Of a DNA stretch of 64,000 nt, positions 44,201 through 56,445 are shown piece after piece. The notes under the pieces were generated by a model. It saw nothing but the letters and a program-made list of their open reading frames with translations, did not search any database and was not told the DNA's origin. A program made the translations under genes and the position numbers. The DNA is from Marsupella aquatica (lineage: Eukaryota > Plantae > Marchantiophyta). The number at the start of each line of letters is the position of its first letter. The first letter of the stretch is position 1. The stretch is from NCBI GenBank assembly GCA_973895155.1, contig OZ316896.1, positions 11,980,830 through 12,044,829 of the forward strand. The letters run 5' to 3'.

Positions 44201-47200
44201 GGGTTCTCCATTGAATAACCTAACTCAAAGCCTAAAACACCAAATTCTGAAAGAGAACTGCATCCATTCAACAACATGCAATAGACGGAACGACACAATT
44301 ACAAGCCTGAGATTGCAAGCGTAAAGAAACGGTCCTACTTTGTTTTGCACAATCTTATTGGATAGATACACATTTGATTATACACCTAATAGACTCCAGA
44401 CTTCGCACTAAGCTTCAAATTGATCTTTAATGCATTGGACGTGCAAGAAACTATACGGTACAGATTTTATGACTCATGCAATGCAACCAAGAAAAGGAAC
44501 ACAAGATCACAATGTGAATAAGGCCCATTGAATATTTCTCAAGATAAATTTCGCAAAAGTTATAGCGGGGATTCACAAAGACAAAGTGCTTCTGACCGAA
44601 GAATGCAATTTACTAGACATTCGGTTTTAACATGGAAGAAGCTCTTTGAAACCAGTATTGAAATGACCTCGGGATGTTTAAGCTAGTTGAGTTAAGCGGG
44701 AGTTAAGCCTCGAGGTAGTTTGTATCAGATTTTGAATCACCTGTTGCTTACAGTGAACATGTCCCCTTGTTGGTCTTTCACAACGTGATTCAATGGGCAA
44801 TACTTTTCCCCAGTCTTCTGATCATGCAAAACAGAGTGGCGATGACTGAACGTGCCCCTTTCGACATCCTGGCCACTCAAACGCACATGATTTCCTTCCA
44901 GCAATAGAGTGCCAAATGCCAGAGCTTCCGCAGTGGCCCAGTCTACACCGACTCCCGTTTCTATCATTGCAGCTCGTTGCTCATAAATTCTCTTGATAGC
45001 TTTGTGTGGTGTAAACGTTTCTGGTAGGGCAGTGATAGAGTTCCCCACCTCTTTGAGGATCTCAGGATTCACACTACGAACAAAAAAGTAGCGTACAGTG
45101 AAACATCAATGTTATGATGTGAGTTTAATTTCTGGAAGCCTCAGCATTGAAGACACACTAATTGACATGCCTTCAAGGTTGCCTACGATCCACTTTTCAT
45201 CTCATATTCCATTTAAATGCCGTTTAGAGGTTTCTTCTAGTATGCCATTTCTTTGGTTAGTCTTGAAATGGAATTCCATTCCCTCTATATTCCTTACATA
45301 GTGGAGTTTGATAAGATTCAAATGTTCATTATCGTAAACAGGGAGTGGCCATAGTTGGTTGAAATAGTACCCAGTATTTCTCACTCGGGACATTTGTTCC
45401 GGTCCTTTAAATCCACTCCAGAATGCGGCTAGCCAATCCCGTTTCTTGGGAACATAGTCCTTACTCTGGTTAAATTCATCATTCAGTATGCCCATAACCT
45501 TGTCTTGCATTTCTTTTATTTTGTTGGCGTTGATGTCTCCAGAATCACTTAACTTCTTCATATAGATGTCAAGTGCTGGTTTGTGACCTTTTATTACCTG
45601 CAAACATGTCAGGCTCGGAATTCACATCTCTCGATCCAGAAAAATGTTATGTTTCTCCTTTTATTTAATCCAGCTTATTAGTTGAAAAGCGATGTCACTC
45701 AAAAAACGGGTCTACATTGTAGATTTAAAAAACTATCAACTTACAAGAATCTATACCACAGAAGCACAGGTCAAATTAGAAACGGTACTACATTCTATCT
45801 GATTCATAAGAACATTTTTTTGGACAGGGGACCAGGATTGCAAGATTGGGCTTTCTTCGGGTCATGGAAAGATTCTCGGCAATATATTGATGCAATTTTT
45901 CTGGTACAACAACCCTGTGGAGAAAGCGCAAGATGTTGAAGTGGAAAAAGGACCTAGCTTTTGAGTCACTGAAACTTGCCTGGTACATCTTTGGTTGAGT
46001 GAAAGATGGTTCATCAATCTCATTATGGCCAAACCTTCGGTAACAAACAATATCAACCACAATATCAGCATGAAATTGACACCTCCACTCTATTGCAAGC
46101 TCACAAGCATGCACTACTGCCTCCACATCATCACCATTGACGTGGATGATTGGGGCACACAAAGCTTTGGCTACATCTGTGCAATAAGGGGAAGACCGAC
46201 TTGATTTAGGATCAGTGGTGAAAGCCACTTGGTTATTCACCACAATATGAATAGTCCCTCCAGTCGAGTAGTTGATGAGGTCACTCAAGTGAAGTGTCTC
46301 ATACACCACGCCCTGACCGGAAAAGCTTCCATCACCGTGCAAAATGATAGCCACATGCTTGAGCCTCTTTTTGTCTTGAGAATAATATTGTTTCGCCCTA
46401 GTTTTTCCAATCACAACTGGTGCCACTGCCTCAAGATGGCTCGGATTGGCCACGAGAGAGAGATGAATAGTTTTACCACTTATTGTTGAACGATCGTATG
46501 AAGTCCCTAAATGGTACTTTACATCTCCACTTCCTGTGTATCCCCCTGCCTCAACTTCAGCTGGCTTGATACCTCCGCTAAACTCATTGAAAATCTGCCT
46601 CAAAGGCTTACGCACAACATTTCCAAGCACATTCAGCCTTCCCCTGTGAGGCATTCCGATGACCACACTCTCCACTCCTAAATTTGCTGCATGGTCAACC
46701 AGCTCCTTCATACCTGCGGTTCGTCTTTCGTTAATATGTCTTCCGTCTTGTTGCAAATCAACTTACACTGAATGCATTGTTTTTGACAAAATAACATGTC
46801 AGCTAAAATTACGTAGTGACCATGACTGACGTCTTCGCTTCCCCTTAATTGTCCAAAGTTCAGTACGGTATCTATTACGTCATTCTCTGGATCATGTTTC
46901 TGATTTTGATAGGGCTTTGCAAAACAAGAGATAATCAGCTATTGGGAGAGAATTTCATGTCTAGAAATAGGGACGTCGTTGGAATAAGATCATTGTCTTA
47001 GGAAACGATAGGGAATCATATCAAAGGAAGCAAAAGATAGAAGATTGATTTGTCAACAAGAATTCAAGATAGATGCTAGATGCTAGATGCTAGATGCAAA
47101 CAATTGATGATGCTACATGGGACGAGAAGGACTAAAAGAAGCCATGTGGACATTCACTGTTTGGTACTATATCTCGCGGATTAGATCTTCAAGGTACCAT

Positions 47201-48209
47201 ATCTACCTGGAATGAGAGTTTCACAACCCTCCAAGCCAAATCTCTTGGCCGCTGTCCATTTTTGCGCTAGAAAGTTTTCAAAGTTGGTGCTCCACATGAG
47301 ACGATCCAAAATTTTGGCCTTGCGATCAGCTGAGTACTTCTTTGGAGCGAGTGTCTCGATTCGTTCACGCAGCCAATTGCACTTCTCTCGGTCTGCTATA
47401 TGCATATATTCATAACCCGTCGTCCCACAATAAGCTTGCTCTAGCCTCTCTAGAATGACTCTCAAAGTTTGCACAGGCCTATTCTCTGCAAGGAACCCAG
47501 ACATCTGCCAAACCCCTAAGAAAATTTGCTTATCCAAGTCTTGCTCTGTGAAGTTATAGGCGGAGAGCTCAAGCTCTGGAGGTTGTTTCCTGTTGTCCAA
47601 TCCAAGAGGATCCAAGTTTGCTTTCATATGTCCATTCACTTGGTATGCCCGAACCAGTGACAATAACCGAATGGACTCTTGGATTGAGTGCTCTCTGGTT
47701 GAGAATACAGGCAATGATGTGCTCTCCAAAGATTGACCAGTGAAATTCTTAAAGAAGATTTTCCAAGACTCATCCACGCTGTTGGGATCTTGCTCCCACA
47801 TTCTTTGAAGTTCCTCCAAATACACGCTACTTGTTCCATCCAAGAAATTGTCCTTCAAATGAGACAATGGCTTGGCCTTAGGTTGAGGTGGAGACTGCAG
47901 CTTCTCCTTGACACTAGCCAATTTCCTTGCCCCGATGAGAACAAATGGCCAGTTGGGTGACAACAATTGCTTCTCATAGCGCAGCACAATTTGACGGTAC
48001 GTGGATACTGGTGAAACCCAAAAAGGCTGATGAGAAGAAGAGCCAGCCTTCCTCGAAACCTGTGATGGTGCCACCCTTGACAAATTGCAAAAGCACTTTG
48101 AGCACAGCATGTCATTGGCAATGCGTGATGTCATCCGAAACGAGAGATGAAACTTGGTCAGAATCATTTCTTGGTAAACCCCTGGTCCCTTCCTAGACAA
48201 CCCTTTCAA
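41211..48209 (-). CDS. OGDH: 2-oxoglutarate dehydrogenase E1 component; exons ~48209-47207, 46713-45980, 45597-45371, 45073-44741, 44257-44011, 43773-43645, 43449-43234, 42357-42228, 41440-41211; start uncertain
   Basis: [108 protein letters not shown]. Splice phases are consistent. Confidence 0.95.
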
Positions 48210-50739
48210 TACTTGATGTTTCTCTTCCTGTACAGAAGTGTTTCAGCCCTCAAAACTTGAGACATGGCGCTCTTCTCTCCATTGATGCCAAGATAGTCAT
48301 TATCGTGGCATATGCAACTCTCTCCGCGAGCTACCTTGCAAACCTTGCATCCTTCTAGCAATGGTTGTTGACCATGGGCTGTGACTTGTTCTGATTTCAA
48401 GCTCGACGTCAAACGGGAGACTAGGTAGTTGCATCTGTCATGCGTTCGCTCCAAAAACTCCATGAACTTGTCATCCAATTGCCTGCGCAAATGTTGGCGA
48501 GAAATTGATTTCCAATCCATCGCTTTCCAATCCATTGATTTCACACGACAATGTCGAGATTGTTCACACTCTTAAGAATTGGTGGCTACATACGTTTCCT
48601 GGTCTTGACTTTGATAATAATTATTGCCCATCTACTAAACACATTTGTGGGAATCTGACAACCTCCCTCACCTTCGGCTCACATTTTCTTTTGGGCGAAG
48701 GTCTTCTTTGCTCCGATGCGATGATTAACGTTCAAACATGAATCTTGGGCTAGTAAAATGATGTGATTGTTCTCAAGAGCCGATGATTGGACTACAATGT
48801 TTGACAAGATCTCCCGTTGGACCACTAAAACCATCATCGATCATTATGAAGTATAAGTTTTAGTTGAAACAACAACCTTCCTTTGTATTCATTTTTTTTC
48901 CGTGCGATAAGGTGTTTGGATCATACTGGTCTATAAATCACTGTGTCAAGAGGAAAAACGAAACTTCGAACTTTGGCATCTTGGAGACAAGATGCCAAAG
49001 TGGGGAGACCCAATGGAATGGAGAAACAATGGAAAAACCCTGAATACCAAAGAGCCAAATTAGTTGGTGTACCTCCCACTAGTGTTACTTTCATACTTGT
49101 AAGGATAGCACACATGTTTTTCTCTATTGGTTATTTTCACCGCAAAGCTAGTGTTTACATCAAAATGCTATTAACATTCAAAATTATTTGGAGGTTTGTC
49201 AAGCACCCTGGAATATTTTGTCAATCACGTCCCAAATTTTAATATTTAAGCCAGGAGAGCACTAGAGGAGTAACTTTTGTTGGCCATTTTTTAATTGGCT
49301 AAATTGTTCCAGAATAGTCCCTTTTCCAACTCCTGGCTAAATGACACAAAGAATATCTAGGGAACAAATATTTAGCAAAACTTGCAAGATCTTTGAAGAT
49401 TTAGTGACTATCCTTCAGATAAGGAAAGATCTAAGGCTATCCCTAATGTGTATGAGATAGAATGTTCCTTGAAGATTCTTGCCAATCTCTACCAACACTT
49501 GTTTTTGAGAGATGCACGTAGTGGTGAATGAATTTTTTGGTTGTGGCTTCAAACATGAAATATGACTTCAATCTAACAAGACTACTATGCCTTACACTCG
49601 ATTTGAATATTCCGTATGTGAGATGGAATGTTCCTTGAACGTTCTCTCCATACCCTACCAACACTAGCTTTTGAACTCAAATAGAAGCACGGGACTTTGT
49701 GTTCGAGGAAGACAGTGGCACAAAGTATTTTTGTTGAGTAAGATCATTTACACTGACAGACACTGGCCAGGACAGTCCAAATAACCATGACCGAATCCCA
49801 AGCAGCATATTTTTTAAGGGTTTTCTGTTTTTAGCCAGTGTGGCCAATGTCAGCCGGTCTAATGGAGTAGATGCTAGGAATATTCTTTGTCAATTTTCCT
49901 AAATTATTACCTGACCATCAGATATCTCTAGATTCGCGGATGACCATTAGATTCTGGCGAATGGGGACCATGATTTGGTGGGAAAGTGGCGACTGGCATA
50001 CAAAGACTCTAGGGAATGTTAGCCAAAAGTGGCAAACACTTTTGGGGGAGGTGGAATCTGGCAAATTTTTGCACCTAAAAAATATGCTGATCCCAAGCCA
50101 TCTTTCATATGGTGGGCTGAGACAAGGTTTGCCAGGAAGGTTATACTTTTGCTGGAGCTTCAACATTTTCACAAGTAGACACACAGGGCTGCTGCTCCAA
50201 AGCCTTAGAAAGCCAGCACAATGAAAGTTGTTCTCAATAAAAGTAATTTGAGCTAATAGCTATGGGTGAGCGAAGCCAAAGCACACATCCAAAAAATTCC
50301 AAAGTAAACTCGCTTTCCGTGCGACCTAGAAAGCAGTGAAGTTTGTCTAAGACAAGAAGATGTAGGTACTATATCTTTTCGTACTTAGTGTAGGCATTCA
50401 TTTTCTTGTATTATATACTCCTACACTCACCGTCTGGTGTTAATACTATATTTTCCCTATCACTTCCCATACCACATCAAGGGATTTCTAGAACCACTTT
50501 GGAATCAACTTTGATTTCTACTTCAGTTTCTTCAGCTTTGAAACACGGTTCTCGTGCATGCTCTCGGGCATCCAATGTATGATGGGGAAAGTCAGTATGG
50601 CCGCTGACTCGGGATAGTGCTTCGATTTCCGTGGCTTTAAAGACTCATTTTCACTCGACTGAAAGTCAACTGCAAGCCGGTACCAGACTTGCAGTCGAGC
50701 AATGTACCCAGACTTTTTGCAACACAATTAGAACTCAAC

Positions 50740-52700
50740 TAGCATATAAGCTCGCAGCTCAACCAAGAGCTCTTGGTTTGCAATCTTTTGAAAAAGATAT
50801 GAGCAGAAAGGGATGGGCATGACAGAGGTCATTCTATCTGTAGGTAACTACATGGACGCCCAGTGCCTAAGAAAAGAACAGCAAACGAATGCCTCACAAC
50901 GCATCATCTTCAGCCGCAATATTGGCAAAAATCAAGACCCGGCATGAAGTATCAGATAGAGGTTCAAACTGGCGCACCTTTGAGGAAAATGGTTGCTAAA
51001 TATTAATGCCATCAATGGTATAGAACAAGCTGTTCGAGGTCAACACCTCAGGTCGACCAATGTCCTTAAATGCAGGCTTAGGTCCCAGGCCCCTTACAGC
51101 TTTGCTATTGCCCTAGACAAATGCTAGACTCTGGGAGCGGGCCACTGGGGGCTGTGCCACCATGGCTCAGAGGCGGGGATATTTCCCGCAGCAGGTCGCC
51201 AAGGGATAAACCTTGAACGAACCCCTGGGCAAGGAAACTGACTCTCAGCAAAATGCACGAAGCTACAGACGCAGAAAAGCCTTGTATTGGGATTTCATCC
51301 ACATTGCAATTTAAATAATTGTATTTGGTTTTACATCAGATCTCATCCAGCAGGCGGTTGAAAGAATCTGATAAGAGTATTCAGCAGATGAACAAGAGAC
51401 ACCACGGATTGCCTCTTGTTAGAAGTTGATCGTCCTGAGCTTCTCCGAACTGCCTCGTTGGGTATCTCTCATGTGCAATTCCGCTGGAGCCTTGGTCACA
51501 GAACTCGAGCTGACACCTGTAACTCAGAACCCCGTCCCTTCCAAGAACCGATGGTACTGCCATCTCCCCATCCATCTTCCTGACTGCCAGCGGACGAGTT
51601 CTTGTCGGGAGTCTTCCTTCCATATTGCAGACGGGTATCACGCGTAGATGGTTACCACACATGGATAGTCATCTCCAAACCATCATTGTCACCACCCACA
51701 GGATAACCGATAACGGGTGTACACATCAACAGGCAGGTAAGACTTCCGGGGTACAAAGGGGGTCCTGGGAGAGGTGTGCCACCTCTCGCCTCCTTGAAAC
51801 CCTGTCGTTCTTCGTCAATATGCTTCACGATTTCAAACTTTTCAAAATGGTCACTCTTGCACTTAACCCACTTTGTGCGAACGTAGGGGTCCTCGGCGCT
51901 ACTCAAATGTTTCATATGATGTCCATCACCAGAGTACAAAACAAGGAAGCAAGTTTGAAGATAGAAATGCGAGAACGGGTTACACAACATTATGCCCAGG
52001 TGAGTTATCTCCAGGTCCCCATTCGACACATCCAGGTGCCTCAAAAGTTTCCCCTTCGCCATGCCTTCTGCTGAAGCGTGAGTAAGTACCTTAATATGAA
52101 AGCCTGGAAACCGAGCCACTTCAGAGAGAATCTGTTGTATGCCAACAAGTGCGCTGACAAATGAAAAATGAATTCACAACCAAATCATCCATGAATGCAA
52201 CTGCATATCTCACGTGTCCATATTGTGGTACAATAAACACAGAGCACGGCGTCCACGGAAGTTGCAGTTCGAGTGTCAAGCACTCACTCTAATATTGGTA
52301 CGATTTTTTGATTGTCAGAGCCTCTCAGCTGACAAACCATTATCAATTCAAGGATCTTCTAAAGTGAGCGCTACCCCATCAAGAATCTCTAGAGATACCC
52401 ACTGAACCAGAACATGGGTAGACCTGAACCACTTTCCGTGTAGTGACCGTTGTTATGGAGGCCCTTTTCCTAACTATGACTAAAACTAAACCACTTGCTA
52501 TTGATAGGCAGAGGAAGCCTTCAATCTAGATCTTCAGAAAGAGAGATTTCCCTGACCCTACCTACCTTTGGCAGAGAGGAAACGTCACGCTTGGCCCAAA
52601 AGAAAGACAGTGTAACACCAACAGTGTCACACTCCTGTGCAGCACAGTCGTGGAAACGCGAGAAGGGTGGGCCGGCGAACACTGTGACACAGTGTACATC
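50740..52700 (-). pseudogene. Inverted partial duplicate of the katanin gene (part of intron 1, exon 2, part of intron 2)
   Basis: HLSSAEDPYVRTKWVKCKSDHFEKFEIVKHIDEERQGFKEA matches exon 2 at 29731. Flanking intron sequence matches ~28940-31490. It is frameshifted and lacks the AAA exons. Confidence 0.88.
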
Positions 52701-52731
52701 ATCAAAGTAAAAAGACCGCTTACCAGTCTGG

Positions 52732-53604
52732 TCAACTACGTTCTCTCCTAGATCTATGCTTGCTGCCGTTTCTTCCACTTCCTCGTCTTGGAGGACTCTC
52801 TCTTCTACTGTGCGACGGCTTCCGGCGTTTGCTCCTCTTGCGGTCGCCACTAGACTCTGAGTCGGACTCAGTTTCAGAATCGGACCCGGTGTCAGACTCA
52901 GTTGCAGATTCTGACCTGGTCTCCGAGTCCGATTCGGTTTCAGAACCCGATGAAGCAGACGACGACGCCGAGGAGGCACTAGAACGAGAACCTTTAGAGC
53001 TACTACTACTCGCCTCGCTTGCTGTGGAGGAGGACAGATCACTCTCTTCGCTTCCTCCGCTATCAACGTCACTGCTCTCACTCGAAGACCGCCTTCTTTT
53101 GCGATTCTTTGACACTGATTTCCTCGACGGTTCCTCCTTGGGGACCTCCTGATCGTTGGCAACTTGATTTGCTGGTGAAGTTTCTTCTAGCGAATCCATA
53201 AGCTTGGGTCTTAATTTTGGATTCAACAGCTGCTGAGTACGAGACGGGCGAGATATGTAGACTCTGTCGTTTTTGCACTCGAAGGTCCAGTGCCCTAACT
53301 GGAAGCACTTTTGACACTGCTTCGAGAGGTCTGCCCCACCTGGCGATCGCGGGTCCTTCCTAACTCCCAATTGCACCGCTTTTTCTGTGCTCATAAGGTA
53401 CATCTGACGCTTCGCCTCCTTCCTCTCCTGCCATCTGCTCGGGCCCTCTTCTTTCTGCCCATACGCATTCACATTCCTCGCCGCCGCAGCGGCTGCCCGC
53501 TCCGCTTGCGCTCTACTTAAACCTTTCGCTGCATTCAGCGCAGCTGCCTTGATTCGGTCAGCTGCAGCCGCCGCAGCATCTGCATTCTCCTTCTTCGTCG
53601 ACAT
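52732..53604 (-). CDS. CCHC zinc-knuckle protein (ZCCHC10-like) with Ser/Arg-rich tail, intronless
   Basis: [48 protein letters not shown], then low-complexity S/E/R. Confidence 0.9.
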   Translation of the reverse strand: MSTKKENADAAAAAADRIKAAALNAAKGLSRAQAERAAAAAARNVNAYGQKEEGPSRWQERKEAKRQMYLMSTEKAVQLGVRKDPRSPGGADLSKQCQKCFQLGHWTFECKNDRVYISRPSRTQQLLNPKLRPKLMDSLEETSPANQVANDQEVPKEEPSRKSVSKNRKRRRSSSESSDVDSGGSEESDLSSSTASEASSSSSKGSRSSASSASSSASSGSETESDSETRSESATESDTGSDSETESDSESSGDRKRSKRRKPSHSRRESPPRRGSGRNGSKHRSRRERS

Positions 53605-53844
53605 ACTTGAAACCTGCAGCCCTAGCTAGAACCTCCAACTGGGCAACACGACCTCTCTCTTTCTCTCTCCAGTCTCGTTCTCACCATGAAATCAACGCCA
53701 CGAACATCAATTCGATCAGCCCGTCACTACTTCTTTCTCTCGTAGCCCAAGCCTGTCATCGCAATCGTAGTCGCCCCGACAAAAGACCTTCCGAGCATGC
53801 GTCAACGCTCCCACAGAACTCCCGTAGCGGAGGATACCCTAAAA

Positions 53845-54405
53845 CGAAAATAAAGTCGTGCTTCCTTTGACAAGAGCGCGTGCTCACCGAGATACCCGAC
53901 AACGAAGTAAAGTCGTGCTTGCTTCCTTCGACAATAAATCTTGCCGACCGAGATACCCGAAAAACGAACCAAAGTCGTGCTTGCTTCCTTGGACAATACG
54001 CCTCGCCGACCGAGAGCCCGAAAACCAAACGAAACGAAGTCGTGGATCTTTCGACACAAGAGCTTGCTCAGTGAGGTCCGAACCCGCAAACGAAACACAA
54101 ACTCCTGCTCTCTTCCTGCGACAAGAGAGCCTGTTCAGCCGGGTCAGTACCCTAGAACGAAAATCAAAGCCGTGCTCGCTTCCTTCGATGAGACAGCTCG
54201 CCTAGGACGACACAGCATCCGAAAACGAACCGAAGTCTTGGTTCAATACTTCAATGGTTCCGCACGAGAGCTCGCTCACCCACACGCGACACAGAAATCG
54301 AAAAAGCAACGAAACGAAGTATCGCGACACAGTACTCGAACCGAAAACGAAACGAAGTGTCGCGACACAGTACTCGAAAACGAAACGAAACGAAACGAAG
54401 TCGAG
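53845..54405. repeat. Degenerate ~60-bp repeats (aaagtcgtgcttgcttccttcgacaa) and (cgaaa)n upstream of the zinc-knuckle gene
   Basis: About 6 diverged copies, plus a duplicated gtcgcgacacagtactcgaa-like segment. Confidence 0.65.
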
Positions 54406-54599
54406 CTTCCTCGGGCAACACAGCATGAGAAGCAAAACCCACATGAGCTAAGAAGCTCGTGCAGAGGACGGGAGGAGAGGAGAGGAGAGGAGAGGAAATT
54501 GAGGAGCAGAGGAGCAGAGCGAGGCAGCGAGCCGTCGAGGAACAACGAGACACAGCAAGCGTGAAAACTACGCTTCAGTACAGACGACAGAAGCAAGGC

Positions 54600-55560
54600 T
54601 GCACTTACAAGGGTATCGCACTACATCGTAAGTGCAATCCTATGCACTTATCTGGGATTGGAATGCATTGTAAGTGCAATCCTATGCAGTTATCTGGGAT
54701 TGGACTGCATCGTAAGTGCAATACTATGTAGTTACATGGGGATTGGAATGCATCGTAAGTGCAAGCCTATGCGCTTTATCTGGATTGGAATGCATCTTAA
54801 GTGCAATCCTATGCACTTATCTGGGATTGGAATGCATTGTAAGTGCAATCCTATGCAGTTATCTGGGATTGGACTGCATCGTAAGTGCAATACTATGTAG
54901 TTACATGGGGATTGGACTGCATCGTAAGTGCAAGCCTATGCACTTTATCTGGATTGGAATGCATCTTAAGTGCAATCCTATGTAGTTACATGGGGATTGG
55001 AATGCATCGTAAGTGCAAGCCTATGCACTTACCTGGGATTGGACTGCATCATAAGTGCAATCCTATGCAGTTACATGGGGATTGGAATGCATTGTAAGTG
55101 CAATCCTATGCAGTTATCTGGGATTGGACTGCATCTTAAGTGCAATACTATGTAGTTACATGGGGATTGGAATGCATCGTAAGTGCAAGCCTATGCACTT
55201 ACCTGGGATTGGACTGCATCATAAGTGCAATCCTATGCAGTTACATGGGGATTGGAATGCATTGTAAGTGCAATCCTATGCACTTACCTGGGATTGGACT
55301 GCATCATAAGTGCAATCCTATGCAGTTACATGGAGATTGGGATGCATCGTAAGTGCAATCTTACGCACTTACTTGGGTATTGCACTACATCATAAGTGCA
55401 ATGTTATGCACTTAATGGGGATTGCAAAATATCGTAAGTGCAATTATATGCACTTACACAACATCCAAGCTGCACTTACATAAGTATTGCACTACACCAT
55501 AAGTGCAACCTTATGCACTTGACTGGGGATTGCACTGCATTGTACAATCCTATGCACTTA
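54600..55560. repeat. 42-43-bp minisatellite (gcatcgtaagtgcaatcctatgcacttatctgggattggaat)
   Basis: About 20 units decaying at both ends, with an internal inverted repeat TAAGTGCA-N6-TGCACTTA. Confidence 0.95.
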
Positions 55561-56445
55561 CTGAACAGTCTCAAGCTGCAGTTACAGCAAAGGGAGCAGG
55601 TGAGCAACTGCAAGTGTGAAGTTGCACTTACGTGGGTATTGCACTACATTCTAAGTTTGCTATTGTGCACTTGAATGGGAATGCATCACAATCCTGTGCA
55701 CTTATAGAGCAAGTATGAAGCCTACCGATTTAATTCTATTTTTTAGATAGAGGATGATGGTGCTCCGGATTAAGCCAGGGGCCTCCTCCACAGCAAGACC
55801 AGCACGGCACAGAGAAAATCAACCCAAAGGGACCAGAGTTACTTACCCTAACATTGGATTCACCCAAAGGTCCCCAAGATTGACCTAATAGTATCTGGGT
55901 ATTTTGGTGTGAAAACTACTTTCGAGAGTAATATTTTTAAACATTTTGATGTAAAATAGTGATAGAACATTATATAGATTGTTTTTAGATTAAAATTGGA
56001 AATCTATTATAGATAAGTTATTTATGGCATAACCTAGGGTATGCTTTGTACAGTAACCACTGCATAAGTGCAACTCCTAGGACAACAATCTGAAGCTGCA
56101 CTTGTATGGGGATTATAGACATCGTAAGTTCAATCCTGTGCACTTTGCACTTATCCTTACAATTGCGAGTACACCTAAACCCCAATTTAAGGAAAACCAA
56201 ACTTTGGAAATTCCAAAAATCACTAAATATTATTATTTTAATAAAAAGGGGGCGACATGACGCGTGGCTGCGCGTGAAACCCTGAAAATGACTGCAACGT
56301 CACATTTTAACTAATCCAACTTGACGGGACCAAGAGACATGCTCACGCGAATAATAATAATAGAGAAATAAATCTTTGAGATCCTTTATATATGATAACC
56401 AGTATATAAGGAGTTTACAAATGGTTTCTAGAACAACAATACAAA

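Noticed and set aside
54459-55674. Cys/His-rich repetitive ORFs
   Set aside because: Translations of the 42-43-bp minisatellite.
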